A stretch of DNA of 64,000 nt from Verrucomicrobiota bacterium (GTDB taxonomy: Bacteria; Verrucomicrobiota; Verrucomicrobiia; Limisphaerales; UBA1100). Location of the stretch: the NCBI GenBank assembly GCA_028343615.1, contig JAOLZA010000002.1:1515-65514 (forward strand), given 5' to 3'. The position numbers and the translations under genes are program-made. Positions 1 through 10,527 of the stretch are shown one piece after another; within the stretch, counting starts at the first letter, position 1; each line of letters begins with the position of its first letter. The notes beneath the pieces were generated by a model. The model was given only the letters and a program-made list of their open reading frames with translations. It was not told the DNA's origin and searched no databases.

Positions 1-35
1 TTTTCCAAGTTGCACAGGTTTTATGCTGTGCTGCG

Positions 36-929
36 ATGTTGGCGCAAGCTGATAAATTGCACCTCAAAGGCGGTGCGGTGATTGAAGGTAAATTACTGGC
101 CGAGAAAGAGGAAGTGCTGGTGGTGGACATCGGGTACACAGTCCTCACGCTCAATCGCGCCGAAGTGCAGCGCATCGAGCGCATCGGTGCGCCGGTTGCT
201 CAAACCGTGGCTAAGGCGAAGGGCCTCTACACCGTGGCCGTCAAGCCGCCGCCATTGCGACCGGTGAAGCAGTTGATGGAGACGCTCGGGGTTTCGGTCG
301 TTCAAGTGAAAACGCCGGGCGGATTGGGCTCCGGATTTATTATCCGGGAGGATGGCCATCTCATCACGAATTTCCACGTCATCGAAGGCGAGACGCGTAT
401 TTCGGTGGAGGTGTATCACCAACGCGATGGACAGCTCGAGCGCAAGACTTATCGCAAGGTGCGCATTGTGGCGATGAACAAGTTCGCCGATTTGGCGTTG
501 CTGCACATCGGCGACAAGGACGTACCGAAATTTTACCCCGTGCCGTTGGCCGCCGATCCCGCGCAACTGGAAGTGGGCGAACGCGTGTTCGCCATCGGCA
601 GCCCGTTAGGCCTCGAGCGTACGGTAACTGAGGGCATCGTGAGCACGCGCAAACGCCAGATGGAAGGAGCGCTTTATCTTCAGACGTCTACGCCCATCAA
701 CCCCGGCAACAGTGGCGGACCGCTCTTTAATCTGCGCGGCGAGGTAGTGGGCGTCACCAATATGAAAATCTCCAGCGGCGAAAATCTCGGCTTCGCCATT
801 CCGGTTGATCGGGTGATGCATTTCCTCGAAAATCGCGATGCGTACGCCTATGATAATGATAATCCGAGTAACGCTTACCGCTATCTGCCGCCCCCGCGCA
901 AGCCGCGCAAAACTTCCGCGGCACCGTAA
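36..929 (+). CDS. Trypsin-like serine protease (HtrA/DegP-type catalytic domain, no PDZ); true start probably upstream of the window
   Basis: GSGFII, LITNFHV (His), DLALL (Asp), INPGNSGGPL (Ser) motifs; frame is open back to position 3. Confidence 0.9.
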   Translation: MLAQADKLHLKGGAVIEGKLLAEKEEVLVVDIGYTVLTLNRAEVQRIERIGAPVAQTVAKAKGLYTVAVKPPPLRPVKQLMETLGVSVVQVKTPGGLGSGFIIREDGHLITNFHVIEGETRISVEVYHQRDGQLERKTYRKVRIVAMNKFADLALLHIGDKDVPKFYPVPLAADPAQLEVGERVFAIGSPLGLERTVTEGIVSTRKRQMEGALYLQTSTPINPGNSGGPLFNLRGEVVGVTNMKISSGENLGFAIPVDRVMHFLENRDAYAYDNDNPSNAYRYLPPPRKPRKTSAAP

Positions 930-969
930 TTGTAACTTTTTTTAAAAAATAACGTAAACACAGACCATA

Positions 970-2775
970 ATGAAAAACCGTATTCTGTTTGTACCCATCC
1001 TGATATTGCTGACCGTTTTTGGCCGTGCCACTGCTCCTGAAACAATCCTACCGCCCACCACCTTTGCTGTGGCCAGCGTACCGGATATGAACGCCGCGCG
1101 TTCCGCGTGGAGCCGCACTCCAATGGTTCGTATGTGGAACGACAAAGAGATGGCCGCTTTTTCCGGCAAGCTCGAGAATGCGTTCCGCGATAGAGTGCTC
1201 GCTGAAGTTGAGGAAAAAGCGAATTTCAAGTTCTCCGAATACTGGAACCTTGCGCAGGGTCAGGCCACCGTGGGCCTCACGCTCATCCCTGGCGAGCAAA
1301 AGCCCGGAATGTATTTGTTAGTCGATGCTGGCAAAAAATCTGACGGGTTGTCCAAAAAAATCGGTAAGCTCCGTGAAACGCTGGTGGAAAATGAAGTGCC
1401 TCACAAACGCCATCGCATTCGCGGCACGGATGCCATTTCCATCACGCCCCCCAACGACGAACTCGATGGCATGTCCGTTTACATTGGCCAAGCTGGTTCG
1501 TTGTTTATCGTGACCAACCACGAGCAACTGCACGAGCAGATCGTGGCGTTGCACCAGGGCGCAGGCGGCAAGTCGCTCGCCGAGGTTCCCGGCTTCGCCG
1601 CGCGCCATCGGGCTCAGTTTAAGAATGCCCTCGCTTACGGATGGCTGGACTTTGCCGTTGTGGTGGAGAAGGGGCTCGAGGCTGCCGAAGCATTTGAAGA
1701 CCCCGACGCGGAGCCCGCCTTTGGCGAACCCACCGTGGACGGCGTGATCACCGCGCTCGGCCTAAAAGGTTTGCGCTCTATGAGCTTTTCCGCTCATCAG
1801 GATAAGGACGGCGAATTGGTCGATCTTTTTGTCGATGTTCCCGAAGCCGGCCGCCGCGGCTTGCTCGAGCTCTTGGCGCCAGACGTTGAGGCCGCCGATC
1901 CGCCGCCCTTTGTGGGCGCGAATGTCACCAGTTTCGCGCGCTTTCGCCGCAACGGTCAGGCCGCGTGGAAAGTTTTTACCGGAATGCTCGCCGAGATTTC
2001 CCCCGCCGCTCCGATTGCGCTGGGTGCACTGGACGGGTTTGCTCAGCAGAACGATCCCAACTTCAGCTTCAAGGAGCAGATTATCGATACCCTCGGCGAT
2101 GATTTCATTATGATGGAAATGGCCCGACCGGATGCCGGCAACGACTTGGAGGATCTCATCAGTTCATCAACTCTGTTTATGTTCAAATCACGCAAACCCG
2201 CCGTCACGCTCGGCGCGTTGCAGACGATCATAAAGCTTGCCGTCCCTGTCCCCGCCGAGTCACGCGAGTTCCTCGGCCGCACCATTCATTCATATGACAT
2301 CGTCGGTGAAGGTGGCGACACCGGCCTGCACCTAAGCATCGCAGGCGGATACCTCATTCTCTCCTCCTCCGCTAAAGCCATCGAAGATCACCTGCGCGGC
2401 CCCGGCAAAGACGCCCAGCCACTGGCCAAATCCGCTGCGTTGAAAAAAGCTGCCGCCAAAGTGGGCGGGATGAAAGGCGCCTTCGCCTACGAAAACCAGC
2501 AGCACTTCCTCGGTCCCTTTTTCAAGATGTTGAAAAACAATCCGAACGTCATTGAACAAACGCTGGACAACCTACCCATCGGCCCCGATCAGGAAATTGA
2601 TCCCGACACTGGACTGCCCGTGGCGCCGGACTTCAGCGATTGGCTCGATTTCAAGTTGCTGCCGGACTTCGCCAAAATCAAGAAGTACCTGCACATCACC
2701 GTGAGTGGAGTTGAAGTCAACGAGGCGGGTATACGGTTTCGCACCTTCTCCCCTACGCCTCCGACGTTGAAGTAG
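970..2775 (+). CDS. Secreted hypothetical protein, DUF3352-like
   Basis: 601-aa ORF with N-terminal signal peptide (MKNRILFVPILILLTVFGRA); family guess from overall resemblance only. Confidence 0.7.
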   Translation: MKNRILFVPILILLTVFGRATAPETILPPTTFAVASVPDMNAARSAWSRTPMVRMWNDKEMAAFSGKLENAFRDRVLAEVEEKANFKFSEYWNLAQGQATVGLTLIPGEQKPGMYLLVDAGKKSDGLSKKIGKLRETLVENEVPHKRHRIRGTDAISITPPNDELDGMSVYIGQAGSLFIVTNHEQLHEQIVALHQGAGGKSLAEVPGFAARHRAQFKNALAYGWLDFAVVVEKGLEAAEAFEDPDAEPAFGEPTVDGVITALGLKGLRSMSFSAHQDKDGELVDLFVDVPEAGRRGLLELLAPDVEAADPPPFVGANVTSFARFRRNGQAAWKVFTGMLAEISPAAPIALGALDGFAQQNDPNFSFKEQIIDTLGDDFIMMEMARPDAGNDLEDLISSSTLFMFKSRKPAVTLGALQTIIKLAVPVPAESREFLGRTIHSYDIVGEGGDTGLHLSIAGGYLILSSSAKAIEDHLRGPGKDAQPLAKSAALKKAAAKVGGMKGAFAYENQQHFLGPFFKMLKNNPNVIEQTLDNLPIGPDQEIDPDTGLPVAPDFSDWLDFKLLPDFAKIKKYLHITVSGVEVNEAGIRFRTFSPTPPTLK

Positions 2776-2796
2776 GGTGGTTTTTGAAAAATTCTT

Positions 2797-2828
2797 AGGC
2801 CGCGCTGCATTGCAGGGCGGCCTTTTTT
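2797..2828 (+). terminator. Rho-independent terminator
   Basis: AGGCCGC..GCGGCCT GC-rich hairpin followed by a T tract, about 20 nt after the stop at 2775. Confidence 0.7.
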
Positions 2829-2837
2829 GTAAACCAC

Positions 2838-2889
2838 CAAGGGGAAACATTTTAAAAATATTGGCGTCTTTTGCGCCTTGGCGGTTCAA
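2838..2889. repeat. REP-like intergenic element, copy 1
   Basis: CAAGGGGAAACATTTTAAAAA...CTTGGCGGTTCAA, similar to 6124-6168 and to the palindrome at 5219-5240. Confidence 0.55.
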
Positions 2890-2899
2890 TACAAACCCG

Positions 2900-5164
2900 T
2901 CACTCCTCCTGCGTGTACAACAGCACCCGATCGTGCACCAGCACCGCGAGGTCATTGCGTTTATCACCATCGAAATCCGCAATCACCGCTTCGCGCGGTT
3001 CCACTCCCCCACTACGGCCGCGGAAGGAGCGTTGCTCAAAAACCCGCCAGCGCAACGCCGGCAGCACTTTGCCCGGGGCATCCCACGCAGCGAGGTCTAG
3101 GTGGTTTTTGGACGTTTCCAGAAATACAAAATCCTTCCGGCCATTTCCCGTGAGATCGCCGCACACCACATCGCGCAGCTCGGCATCCTTGAGCGGCGTT
3201 TCGTAGCTGGCACGTTCCTCCAGTTTCCAAGTGATGCCGGTAAACGCTAACCACGCCGCCTGATTCACGCCGGTGAACGCCAGCGCGTTGACGGTCTTGC
3301 TTCCGAGGGCGAGTGTTTGGGCTTCAGTGAAATCGACCGTTGGTAGTGTCAGATGTTGCGTCGGTTGCCATACGCCGGTGCGGTCGCGCTCGCACACGGT
3401 CAGCTCCTTGCGAGCGGTGTCCAGCAACAGCAGGGCGGTTTGGCCACCGCCTGCGGGCAGTGCCACGGCGGTGCGCAGGCGCGAGTCCGTGCCTGCGCCG
3501 TTGATTTGATCCTTCACTCGCAGGCGCCATTTATCTTTTTGTTTTTCCAGTTTCACCGCTCGCAAAAAATTCTGCTGCGCCAAAAGCAATTCCGTCTTGC
3601 CGTCACCGTCCACATCTGCGGTATTAAAATTCGGCTTGTCTAGCGTGCCACCTGGAGGAGCCACGTCCACCTCCTCAAAATCGGCGTCCACGCGATTCAC
3701 CAGTACCTTGATCTTTTCAAACGGTGCCAGTAGCAATAAATCGTTTTGCCCGTCCTGATCCATATCGTGAAACGCCACGATAGACGGGTTGGCTTTGTAA
3801 GCTTTGTTCAATTTCTGAGTTATCATTGCTGCATCCGGTTGATGCAACTGGAGATGGCGGGAGCCATCCTTTTCCACCACCAAAGCCAGCGCCGGTTTGT
3901 TGCCGAGCTCGAGTACACCCACCGCGAGCGCGAGCGGACGATGCTCATCGGTGTCAATTGGTTCGGGGAAAGGCATTCTGCCATTCTTTTCCAGCCGCGT
4001 GATGCCGGCTTGTTTTTCATCGGCACTGAGTACAAAAATTTCCGGCCGCCCATCGCCGTTCCAATCCGACACTGCAATTTGCGTGATGCCGCTGAGGCAG
4101 GGGAATCGGCGCGGGCTTGCAAATGTGCCGCGCTCGGTTTGCGTTTGCAGCACGAGCTGGCTTCCCTCTGGATCGGCATAAATCAAATCCGTGCGGCCAT
4201 CGCCATCCACATCCGCCCACGCACGTCCGCGCTTGCTCTTGGTGGTTTTGGGCAGGGCGAGCAGTTCGAGCTGGCCGCGCTTGAGTTCGCCTGCGAGTGC
4301 TTCGGGTGCGTGCGTGGCGAGATGATGTACCTTCACGCGGCCAGATTGCTGGGCAATGGAAATCAACTCCGCACGGCCATCAGCGTCCAAATCTTCCGCA
4401 TGGAAGCTGCGCAGCTTGGGCATCCGAAACTGCAGCTCCGGTCCGAGTTGCCCGTCTTTGCCCTGCAATCGAAACCGAAACGGCGCGGCGCTCTGCCAAT
4501 TCATCAACGCCAAGTCACTGCGCCGGTCGCCATCGAGATCCACCACCTGAAACGCTTTCACGCCGACCGCCAGCGAGTGGGTCACCGGTTTGCTCAGCGC
4601 GCCCTTGGCGTCCTGATACAACACGTATAATTTCGATTCCCCCAGCAACAACAAATCTGTGTGACCATCGCCGTTGAGATCGCCCGTGCCCAGCGCGTTG
4701 GCGCTGATCTGCCCGTCGCGTACTGCCCAACGCTTCGGCGCGCCCCAGCCTTTAGGCTCGCGGTATTGCACCAGCAATTCCTTCGGTTCGCCATAGTAGG
4801 CGAGGTCCGGCTTTTTGTCGCCATTCAAATCCGCCACCACCAAGCTGGAAATACGTTTCTCCGATGGGATGGATTCAATTCGAAACCGTGCATCAGGTGG
4901 CAGCGCATTCGCGGTGTTGTCTGTGACCTTCGCCGGTTTGCCGTCGGTGTGATTATAAAGCAGCGTAATTTTGCTGCGTGGATTATTAACTAAAACCAAA
5001 TCCCGCCGCCCATCGCCATCGAGATCCGCTTGGCGGAGATTATCGATGCCACGCCCGACCGGAAAAATTTCCGGCCCCAGAAACCCAAACCGTTCCGCCG
5101 CCGAGGAAGCATCCGCCGCCATGAGCGTGGAGACGGTAAATAGGGACAAAAGTAATGTGCGCAT
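2900..5164 (-). CDS. FG-GAP/VCBS repeat protein (secreted, Ca-binding beta-propeller)
   Basis: Many DLDGDGRxD / DLNGDxxxD repeats; signal peptide MRTLLLSLFTVSTLMAA from ATG 5164. Confidence 0.9.
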   Translation of the reverse strand: MRTLLLSLFTVSTLMAADASSAAERFGFLGPEIFPVGRGIDNLRQADLDGDGRRDLVLVNNPRSKITLLYNHTDGKPAKVTDNTANALPPDARFRIESIPSEKRISSLVVADLNGDKKPDLAYYGEPKELLVQYREPKGWGAPKRWAVRDGQISANALGTGDLNGDGHTDLLLLGESKLYVLYQDAKGALSKPVTHSLAVGVKAFQVVDLDGDRRSDLALMNWQSAAPFRFRLQGKDGQLGPELQFRMPKLRSFHAEDLDADGRAELISIAQQSGRVKVHHLATHAPEALAGELKRGQLELLALPKTTKSKRGRAWADVDGDGRTDLIYADPEGSQLVLQTQTERGTFASPRRFPCLSGITQIAVSDWNGDGRPEIFVLSADEKQAGITRLEKNGRMPFPEPIDTDEHRPLALAVGVLELGNKPALALVVEKDGSRHLQLHQPDAAMITQKLNKAYKANPSIVAFHDMDQDGQNDLLLLAPFEKIKVLVNRVDADFEEVDVAPPGGTLDKPNFNTADVDGDGKTELLLAQQNFLRAVKLEKQKDKWRLRVKDQINGAGTDSRLRTAVALPAGGGQTALLLLDTARKELTVCERDRTGVWQPTQHLTLPTVDFTEAQTLALGSKTVNALAFTGVNQAAWLAFTGITWKLEERASYETPLKDAELRDVVCGDLTGNGRKDFVFLETSKNHLDLAAWDAPGKVLPALRWRVFEQRSFRGRSGGVEPREAVIADFDGDKRNDLAVLVHDRVLLYTQEE

Positions 5165-5218
5165 AATCATAAGGTAAGGCCAAATGATGTGCTGTGGTGG
5201 TTTGTTTGACCAGATAAA

Positions 5219-5240
5219 TTGAACCGCCAAGGCGGTTCAA
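5219..5240. repeat. Perfect 10-bp inverted repeat, REP-like
   Basis: TTGAACCGCC-AA-GGCGGTTCAA between yjbQ and the FG-GAP gene. Confidence 0.6.
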
Positions 5241-5242
5241 AA

Positions 5243-5665
5243 TTATTCCCCGATTAAATGCACCGTTACTTTGCGGTGATGGCCGGCGTGCCGGTGTTCC
5301 CAGAGATAAACCCCTTGCCAGGTGCCGAGTGCAAGGCGGCCGCTGGTGATGGGGATGGAGAGGTTGACGGCGGTGAGCGCGGTGCGCACGTGCGCGGGCA
5401 TGTCATCAGGCCCCTCGTAATCATGTTCGAACATCGGGTCCCCATCCGGGCACACCCGTACCATGAACCGCTCCAAGTCCCGCCGGACGGCGGGATCCGC
5501 GTTCTCCTGAATCAACAGCGACGCGCTCGTGTGCTGAAGATGCGTCGTAGCCAGCCCCTCAGTAAAGCCCGCTTCATCTACCAATGACTCCACCTCGCTG
5601 GTGATATCTGTGAAATCCCGACCGCGTGTGGGTATGGCAAGCGTGTGCGTATGTTGCGAAAGCAT
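5243..5665 (-). CDS. yjbQ: YjbQ / UPF0047 family protein (secondary thiamine-phosphate synthase)
   Basis: HTSASLLIQENADP, HDYEGPDDMPAH, LGTWQGVYLWEHR motifs. Confidence 0.92.
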   Translation of the reverse strand: MLSQHTHTLAIPTRGRDFTDITSEVESLVDEAGFTEGLATTHLQHTSASLLIQENADPAVRRDLERFMVRVCPDGDPMFEHDYEGPDDMPAHVRTALTAVNLSIPITSGRLALGTWQGVYLWEHRHAGHHRKVTVHLIGE

Positions 5666-5734
5666 AAAAAGGTGTGCCGCGAAAGTTGCCGAAAGGCAAG
5701 CCGCGAGGACGGAGGTGGACCGCCCTCGCGACTT

Positions 5735-6028
5735 TTAGGTGGAGCTGAACCGGCGGAGGTGGAGGGCGTTGGCCGCCCAAGGGGGATTGTTTTCCGCCGG
5801 TTCAAACCGCCAAGAGGAGAAGTAGGCACTGGCGGCTTCATTGTCATCAACGCGCAATTCCCGTAGGAGGAAACTCAGGATGGGCGTGCGAGTGTTCCAT
5901 TGCGGCAGGTGCTCCAAGTTCGCGATGGTGTACACTTCACCTTCCCGCGGCACGGTGGAGGTCCAATCCCAAATCGCGCCGGAAAAGTGGTCGTTGGTGC
6001 AAATCACCCGTTGTCCTGCATACCACAT
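5735..6028 (-). CDS. Small hypothetical protein
   Basis: 97 aa; AGGAGA Shine-Dalgarno 7 nt before ATG; fills the space between gap and yjbQ. Confidence 0.6.
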   Translation of the reverse strand: MWYAGQRVICTNDHFSGAIWDWTSTVPREGEVYTIANLEHLPQWNTRTPILSFLLRELRVDDNEAASAYFSSWRFEPAENNPPWAANALHLRRFSST

Positions 6029-6123
6029 TTGCCATTCTCCTTAGCTTAACGTAAGGCGGTTTGTTAAATCGTGCTTAGAAAGTTGCTAACCGAGTGTGAG
6101 TAAGGATTGAATCGCATAGACGT

Positions 6124-6168
6124 CAAGGGAAACCATTTTCAAAAACACCCCGCGTCTTGGCGGTTCAA
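6124..6168. repeat. REP-like intergenic element, copy 2
   Basis: CAAGGGAAACCATTTTCAAAAA...CTTGGCGGTTCAA. Confidence 0.55.
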
Positions 6169-6178
6169 AAACGTTCAC

Positions 6179-6205
6179 AAAAAAAGGCGACCCGAAGGTC
6201 GCCTT
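6179..6205 (-). terminator. Rho-independent terminator of gap
   Basis: Minus strand AAGGCGACC-TTCG-GGTCGCCTT followed by poly-T. Confidence 0.9.
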
Positions 6206-6237
6206 CTAAATTCTAACTCCTGAATTGTATCTCTAAG

Positions 6238-7375
<1,138 letters not shown>

Positions 7376-7382
7376 AACGCCG

Positions 7383-8063
7383 ATGTCACTGCTGGAAATC
7401 AGCGATCTCAGAAAAAGTTTCCGCACCCCCGAAGGTGAAACTCAGGCGGTGCTAGATATACCGTCCTTTTCCCTCGAGCGCGGTCAACAACTGGCACTGC
7501 GGGGTGCCAGTGGCACGGGTAAGACGACCTTGCTTAATTGTATCGCCGGCATTCTCAGTCCCACTTCCGGCATTGTGCGACTCGATGGCCACGACCTCGC
7601 CACCGCCAGCGAGCCCCAACGCGATGCCCTGCGCGCGCGTTGCATCGGCTATATTTTTCAAACCTTCAACCTGTTGCAAGGATACACTTGCATGGAAAAC
7701 GTGCTGCTCGGAATGAGCTTCGGGCGCGGGCCGGACACCGATGCTGCGCGCGGCTTACTCGATCGCGTGGGGCTCAACCATCGGCTACATCATCGCCCCG
7801 GCCAACTTTCCGTGGGCCAACAGCAGCGTGTGGCTGTGTCGCGTGCGTTGGCCAATCAACCATTGCTCGTCTTGGCCGATGAACCCACCGGCAATCTTGA
7901 TCCCCAAAACGCGCGCGAGGCGTTGCAGCTCATCCGCGAAGTGTGCGAGGAAAGTGCCGCCGCATTGCTCATCGTGAGCCACGACCCGATGGTGCTCGAT
8001 CAATTCGACGATTGTCAGGATTTGGCTGAGTTAAACCACGCTGCGCAGGAGGTGTCCGCATGA
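7383..8063 (+). CDS. ABC transporter ATP-binding protein (LolD/MacB-like)
   Basis: Walker A GASGTGKT, signature LSVGQQQRV, Walker B LADEPTGNLD. Confidence 0.95.
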   Translation: MSLLEISDLRKSFRTPEGETQAVLDIPSFSLERGQQLALRGASGTGKTTLLNCIAGILSPTSGIVRLDGHDLATASEPQRDALRARCIGYIFQTFNLLQGYTCMENVLLGMSFGRGPDTDAARGLLDRVGLNHRLHHRPGQLSVGQQQRVAVSRALANQPLLVLADEPTGNLDPQNAREALQLIREVCEESAAALLIVSHDPMVLDQFDDCQDLAELNHAAQEVSA

Positions 8064-9295
8064 CGTGGTGGATGATTATCCGCAACAGCCTGCGGCAACA
8101 CGCACTCTCCACCGCCATCACTGCGCTGAGCATCGGCCTGGGCGGCGGGCTATTGATGGCGATTTGGGTGGTAAATTTCCAATCACAGCGCGCGTTCAAG
8201 AATGTCACCGGAGGCTTCGACGCCATCCTTGGCCCGCGCGGATCCGAAACTCAATTGGTGCTCAACAGCCTTTTTCATATGGATTCCTCGCCCGGGCTCA
8301 TCAACCATGCCGATTATGAAACTTTCCGTAAAAGCCACAAACGCTTTTACCGCAACGCCGTGCCGATTGCCGTGGGTGATAATTTTCAGGGCTACCGGAT
8401 CGTGGGCACCACGCACGATTTGTTTGCCGCCGAGCATTCGCCGGGCGAACCGTATGCGCTAGCGGCGGGTGAATATTTTATCCGCAACGAAAAGCAGTGG
8501 AATAAAGAGGCGGTAATCGGTGACACTGTGGCGCGCAAACTCGGCTGGCGCGTGAACCAAAAATTTAGTCCGTATCACGGCCTGAACTTTATTGAAGGTC
8601 AGGAACCGCACAAGGATAAATACACCGTGGTGGGAATCTTGCGCCCCACCGGTACGCCTGCCGATCAAGTGATTTGGATTCCCATTGAAGGCCTGCAACA
8701 AATGGATGGACACGATGCGCAATTTGCCGGCGATGTGAGCGCCGTGCTCATTCAGCTTAGCACTAACACCACCGCACGCGCCTTCGGAATGAATAGGCTC
8801 AACGCAATTTACAACAAAGATTCCGATCACTTGACCTTTGTGAAATCCACCGCCGACGTCGTGGCGCGACTGTTCGACCGGTTAGGTTGGGCGGAAAAAG
8901 TACTGCGTTGGGTGGCACTCCTCGTGGCCGTGGTGGCGGCGGGCTCAGTGCTCGCGAGCATTTACAACACGATGAACGAACGCCGACGTGAGTTTGCTAT
9001 CCTACGTGCATTGGGCGCGGGACGCGACACTGTATTCGGAGTCATCGTACTCGAGAGTGCCACCATTGCTATCATGGGCGCGTTGATTGGATTTGCTGTG
9101 TACACTGGAATTATGTTTGCCGCGGAGAGCATCCTGCGTAATGAAATCGGCGTCACCCTCCATCCCTTCGAACAGCACCCCGTGATGGTCATTGTGCCTG
9201 TGGGACTGGTGATGCTTGGCGTGGTGGTGGGTATTATCCCCGCACTAAAAGCCTACCGTACCGAAGTAGCTGAAAACCTCATCCCTCAAAGTTAA
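8060..9295 (+). CDS. ABC transporter permease, MacB/FtsX family
   Basis: N-terminal TM, periplasmic domain, ERRREFAILRALGA motif and three C-terminal TMs; ATGA overlap with the ATPase gene. Confidence 0.92.
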   Translation: MTWWMIIRNSLRQHALSTAITALSIGLGGGLLMAIWVVNFQSQRAFKNVTGGFDAILGPRGSETQLVLNSLFHMDSSPGLINHADYETFRKSHKRFYRNAVPIAVGDNFQGYRIVGTTHDLFAAEHSPGEPYALAAGEYFIRNEKQWNKEAVIGDTVARKLGWRVNQKFSPYHGLNFIEGQEPHKDKYTVVGILRPTGTPADQVIWIPIEGLQQMDGHDAQFAGDVSAVLIQLSTNTTARAFGMNRLNAIYNKDSDHLTFVKSTADVVARLFDRLGWAEKVLRWVALLVAVVAAGSVLASIYNTMNERRREFAILRALGAGRDTVFGVIVLESATIAIMGALIGFAVYTGIMFAAESILRNEIGVTLHPFEQHPVMVIVPVGLVMLGVVVGIIPALKAYRTEVAENLIPQS

Positions 9296-9314
9296 AATGA
9301 AAAAATATCTAAAA

Positions 9315-9791
9315 ATGAAAAACTATATCCTATTTCTATTGTTGGCTGCCACGCTTGGTTGTGGCAACAGCCACGACCATAATCACGATCACCACGGCCA
9401 CAGCCACGGCGATGGTCATGGCCATCAAGCACCGCATGGCGGCGTGCTGGTAAATGTGGAAGATGAGTTTTGCCATCTAGAATTCGTTCAGGAACCCGGC
9501 ACAACACGCCTACAAATGCATGCCCTTCGTTTTCACCCACGCGAAGCACCGGTGAAATTTTTCATGGAAAAAATCGAGGCCACCGCCGCAGTAAATGGCG
9601 AGGTAAAGACGTTCACCTTCCGTCCCACCCAATTGGATGGCATTACCGCCACCACCGATCCCACCTCCCTTTACGTTGCCGAAATCGACTGGCTGAAAGA
9701 CACAACTATCTCCACCGGCATTCTCACAGAGTTGAAAATTGAGGGCAAAACGCTATCAAAAATAACTTTCCAATTTCCCAAAAAGGATTAA
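9315..9791 (+). CDS. His-rich lipoprotein, putative metal-binding/chaperone
   Basis: Lipobox LGC then HDHNHDHHGHSHGDGHGH and APHGG motif; alternative start 9297. Confidence 0.8.
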   Translation: MKNYILFLLLAATLGCGNSHDHNHDHHGHSHGDGHGHQAPHGGVLVNVEDEFCHLEFVQEPGTTRLQMHALRFHPREAPVKFFMEKIEATAAVNGEVKTFTFRPTQLDGITATTDPTSLYVAEIDWLKDTTISTGILTELKIEGKTLSKITFQFPKKD

Positions 9792-9801
9792 ACTATTGTT
9801 A

Positions 9802-10527
9802 ATGAAAATTTGGCAGGCAATTCTTTGGGCAACACTGGCGGGCGTGGCCGGTTGTGGCCATCAATCGCCGATTCAATCCAACGTGATCGTGGAACGTGGC
9901 GAAGTAGTCTTGCGCCAGCCATCAGCACCAGATAAGCCATTTATAGAGGAGGTAGCTGTGCCTACGGCACCGATAATCGCCAAGCCGGAACAACCGCTCA
10001 TCGCCGGTACATCCCCGATGGAGAAGCCCGTACAGAATCCAGAAGCCGCTAAACCCGTGCCACCGCCGGCGGAATTGGCTCAGCCAGTCAATGAGATGAT
10101 TGGTGATTATGTGCTCGTCCATTTTGACAAGCTTGCGGATTTTGCCTACGAGGTACCCGATGATCCCATCACCGACCCCAAGGCCAAGGCGATCATCGAG
10201 AAAAATATTATTCCCAAGGCGGTTACTGATTTTCACAAAAAGAAAATTGCACTGAAGGGCTTCATGCTTCCGCTTAAGGTGGAAGGCGGCAAGATTACCG
10301 AGATGCTGATCATGCGTGATCAATCTATGTGCTGCTACGGCACTGTGCCCAAGATCAACGAGTGGGTCAGCGTACGCATGCCCGAGGGCAAAGGTGTGAA
10401 GCCTATTATGGATGTACCCATCACCATCTTCGGAACGCTCAAGGTTGGCGAAGTATTGGAGAACGGCTACCTCGTTGGCATCTATGAACTGGATGGCGAC
10501 CGCCTTGGCGGACCAATTGACCTCTAA
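9802..10527 (+). CDS. DUF3299 family lipoprotein
   Basis: Lipobox AGC; KGFMLPL...CCYGTVPKINEWV...PITIFGTL pattern typical of DUF3299. Confidence 0.82.
   Translation: MKIWQAILWATLAGVAGCGHQSPIQSNVIVERGEVVLRQPSAPDKPFIEEVAVPTAPIIAKPEQPLIAGTSPMEKPVQNPEAAKPVPPPAELAQPVNEMIGDYVLVHFDKLADFAYEVPDDPITDPKAKAIIEKNIIPKAVTDFHKKKIALKGFMLPLKVEGGKITEMLIMRDQSMCCYGTVPKINEWVSVRMPEGKGVKPIMDVPITIFGTLKVGEVLENGYLVGIYELDGDRLGGPIDL

Noticed and set aside
3746-4630. Long plus-strand ORF (294 aa) opposite the FG-GAP gene
   Set aside because: Antisense shadow of a GC-rich coding gene; no motifs
5795-5816. Additional REP-like copy (AAACCGCCAAG)
   Set aside because: Lies within the small ORF and encodes its SWRFEP segment; probably coincidental
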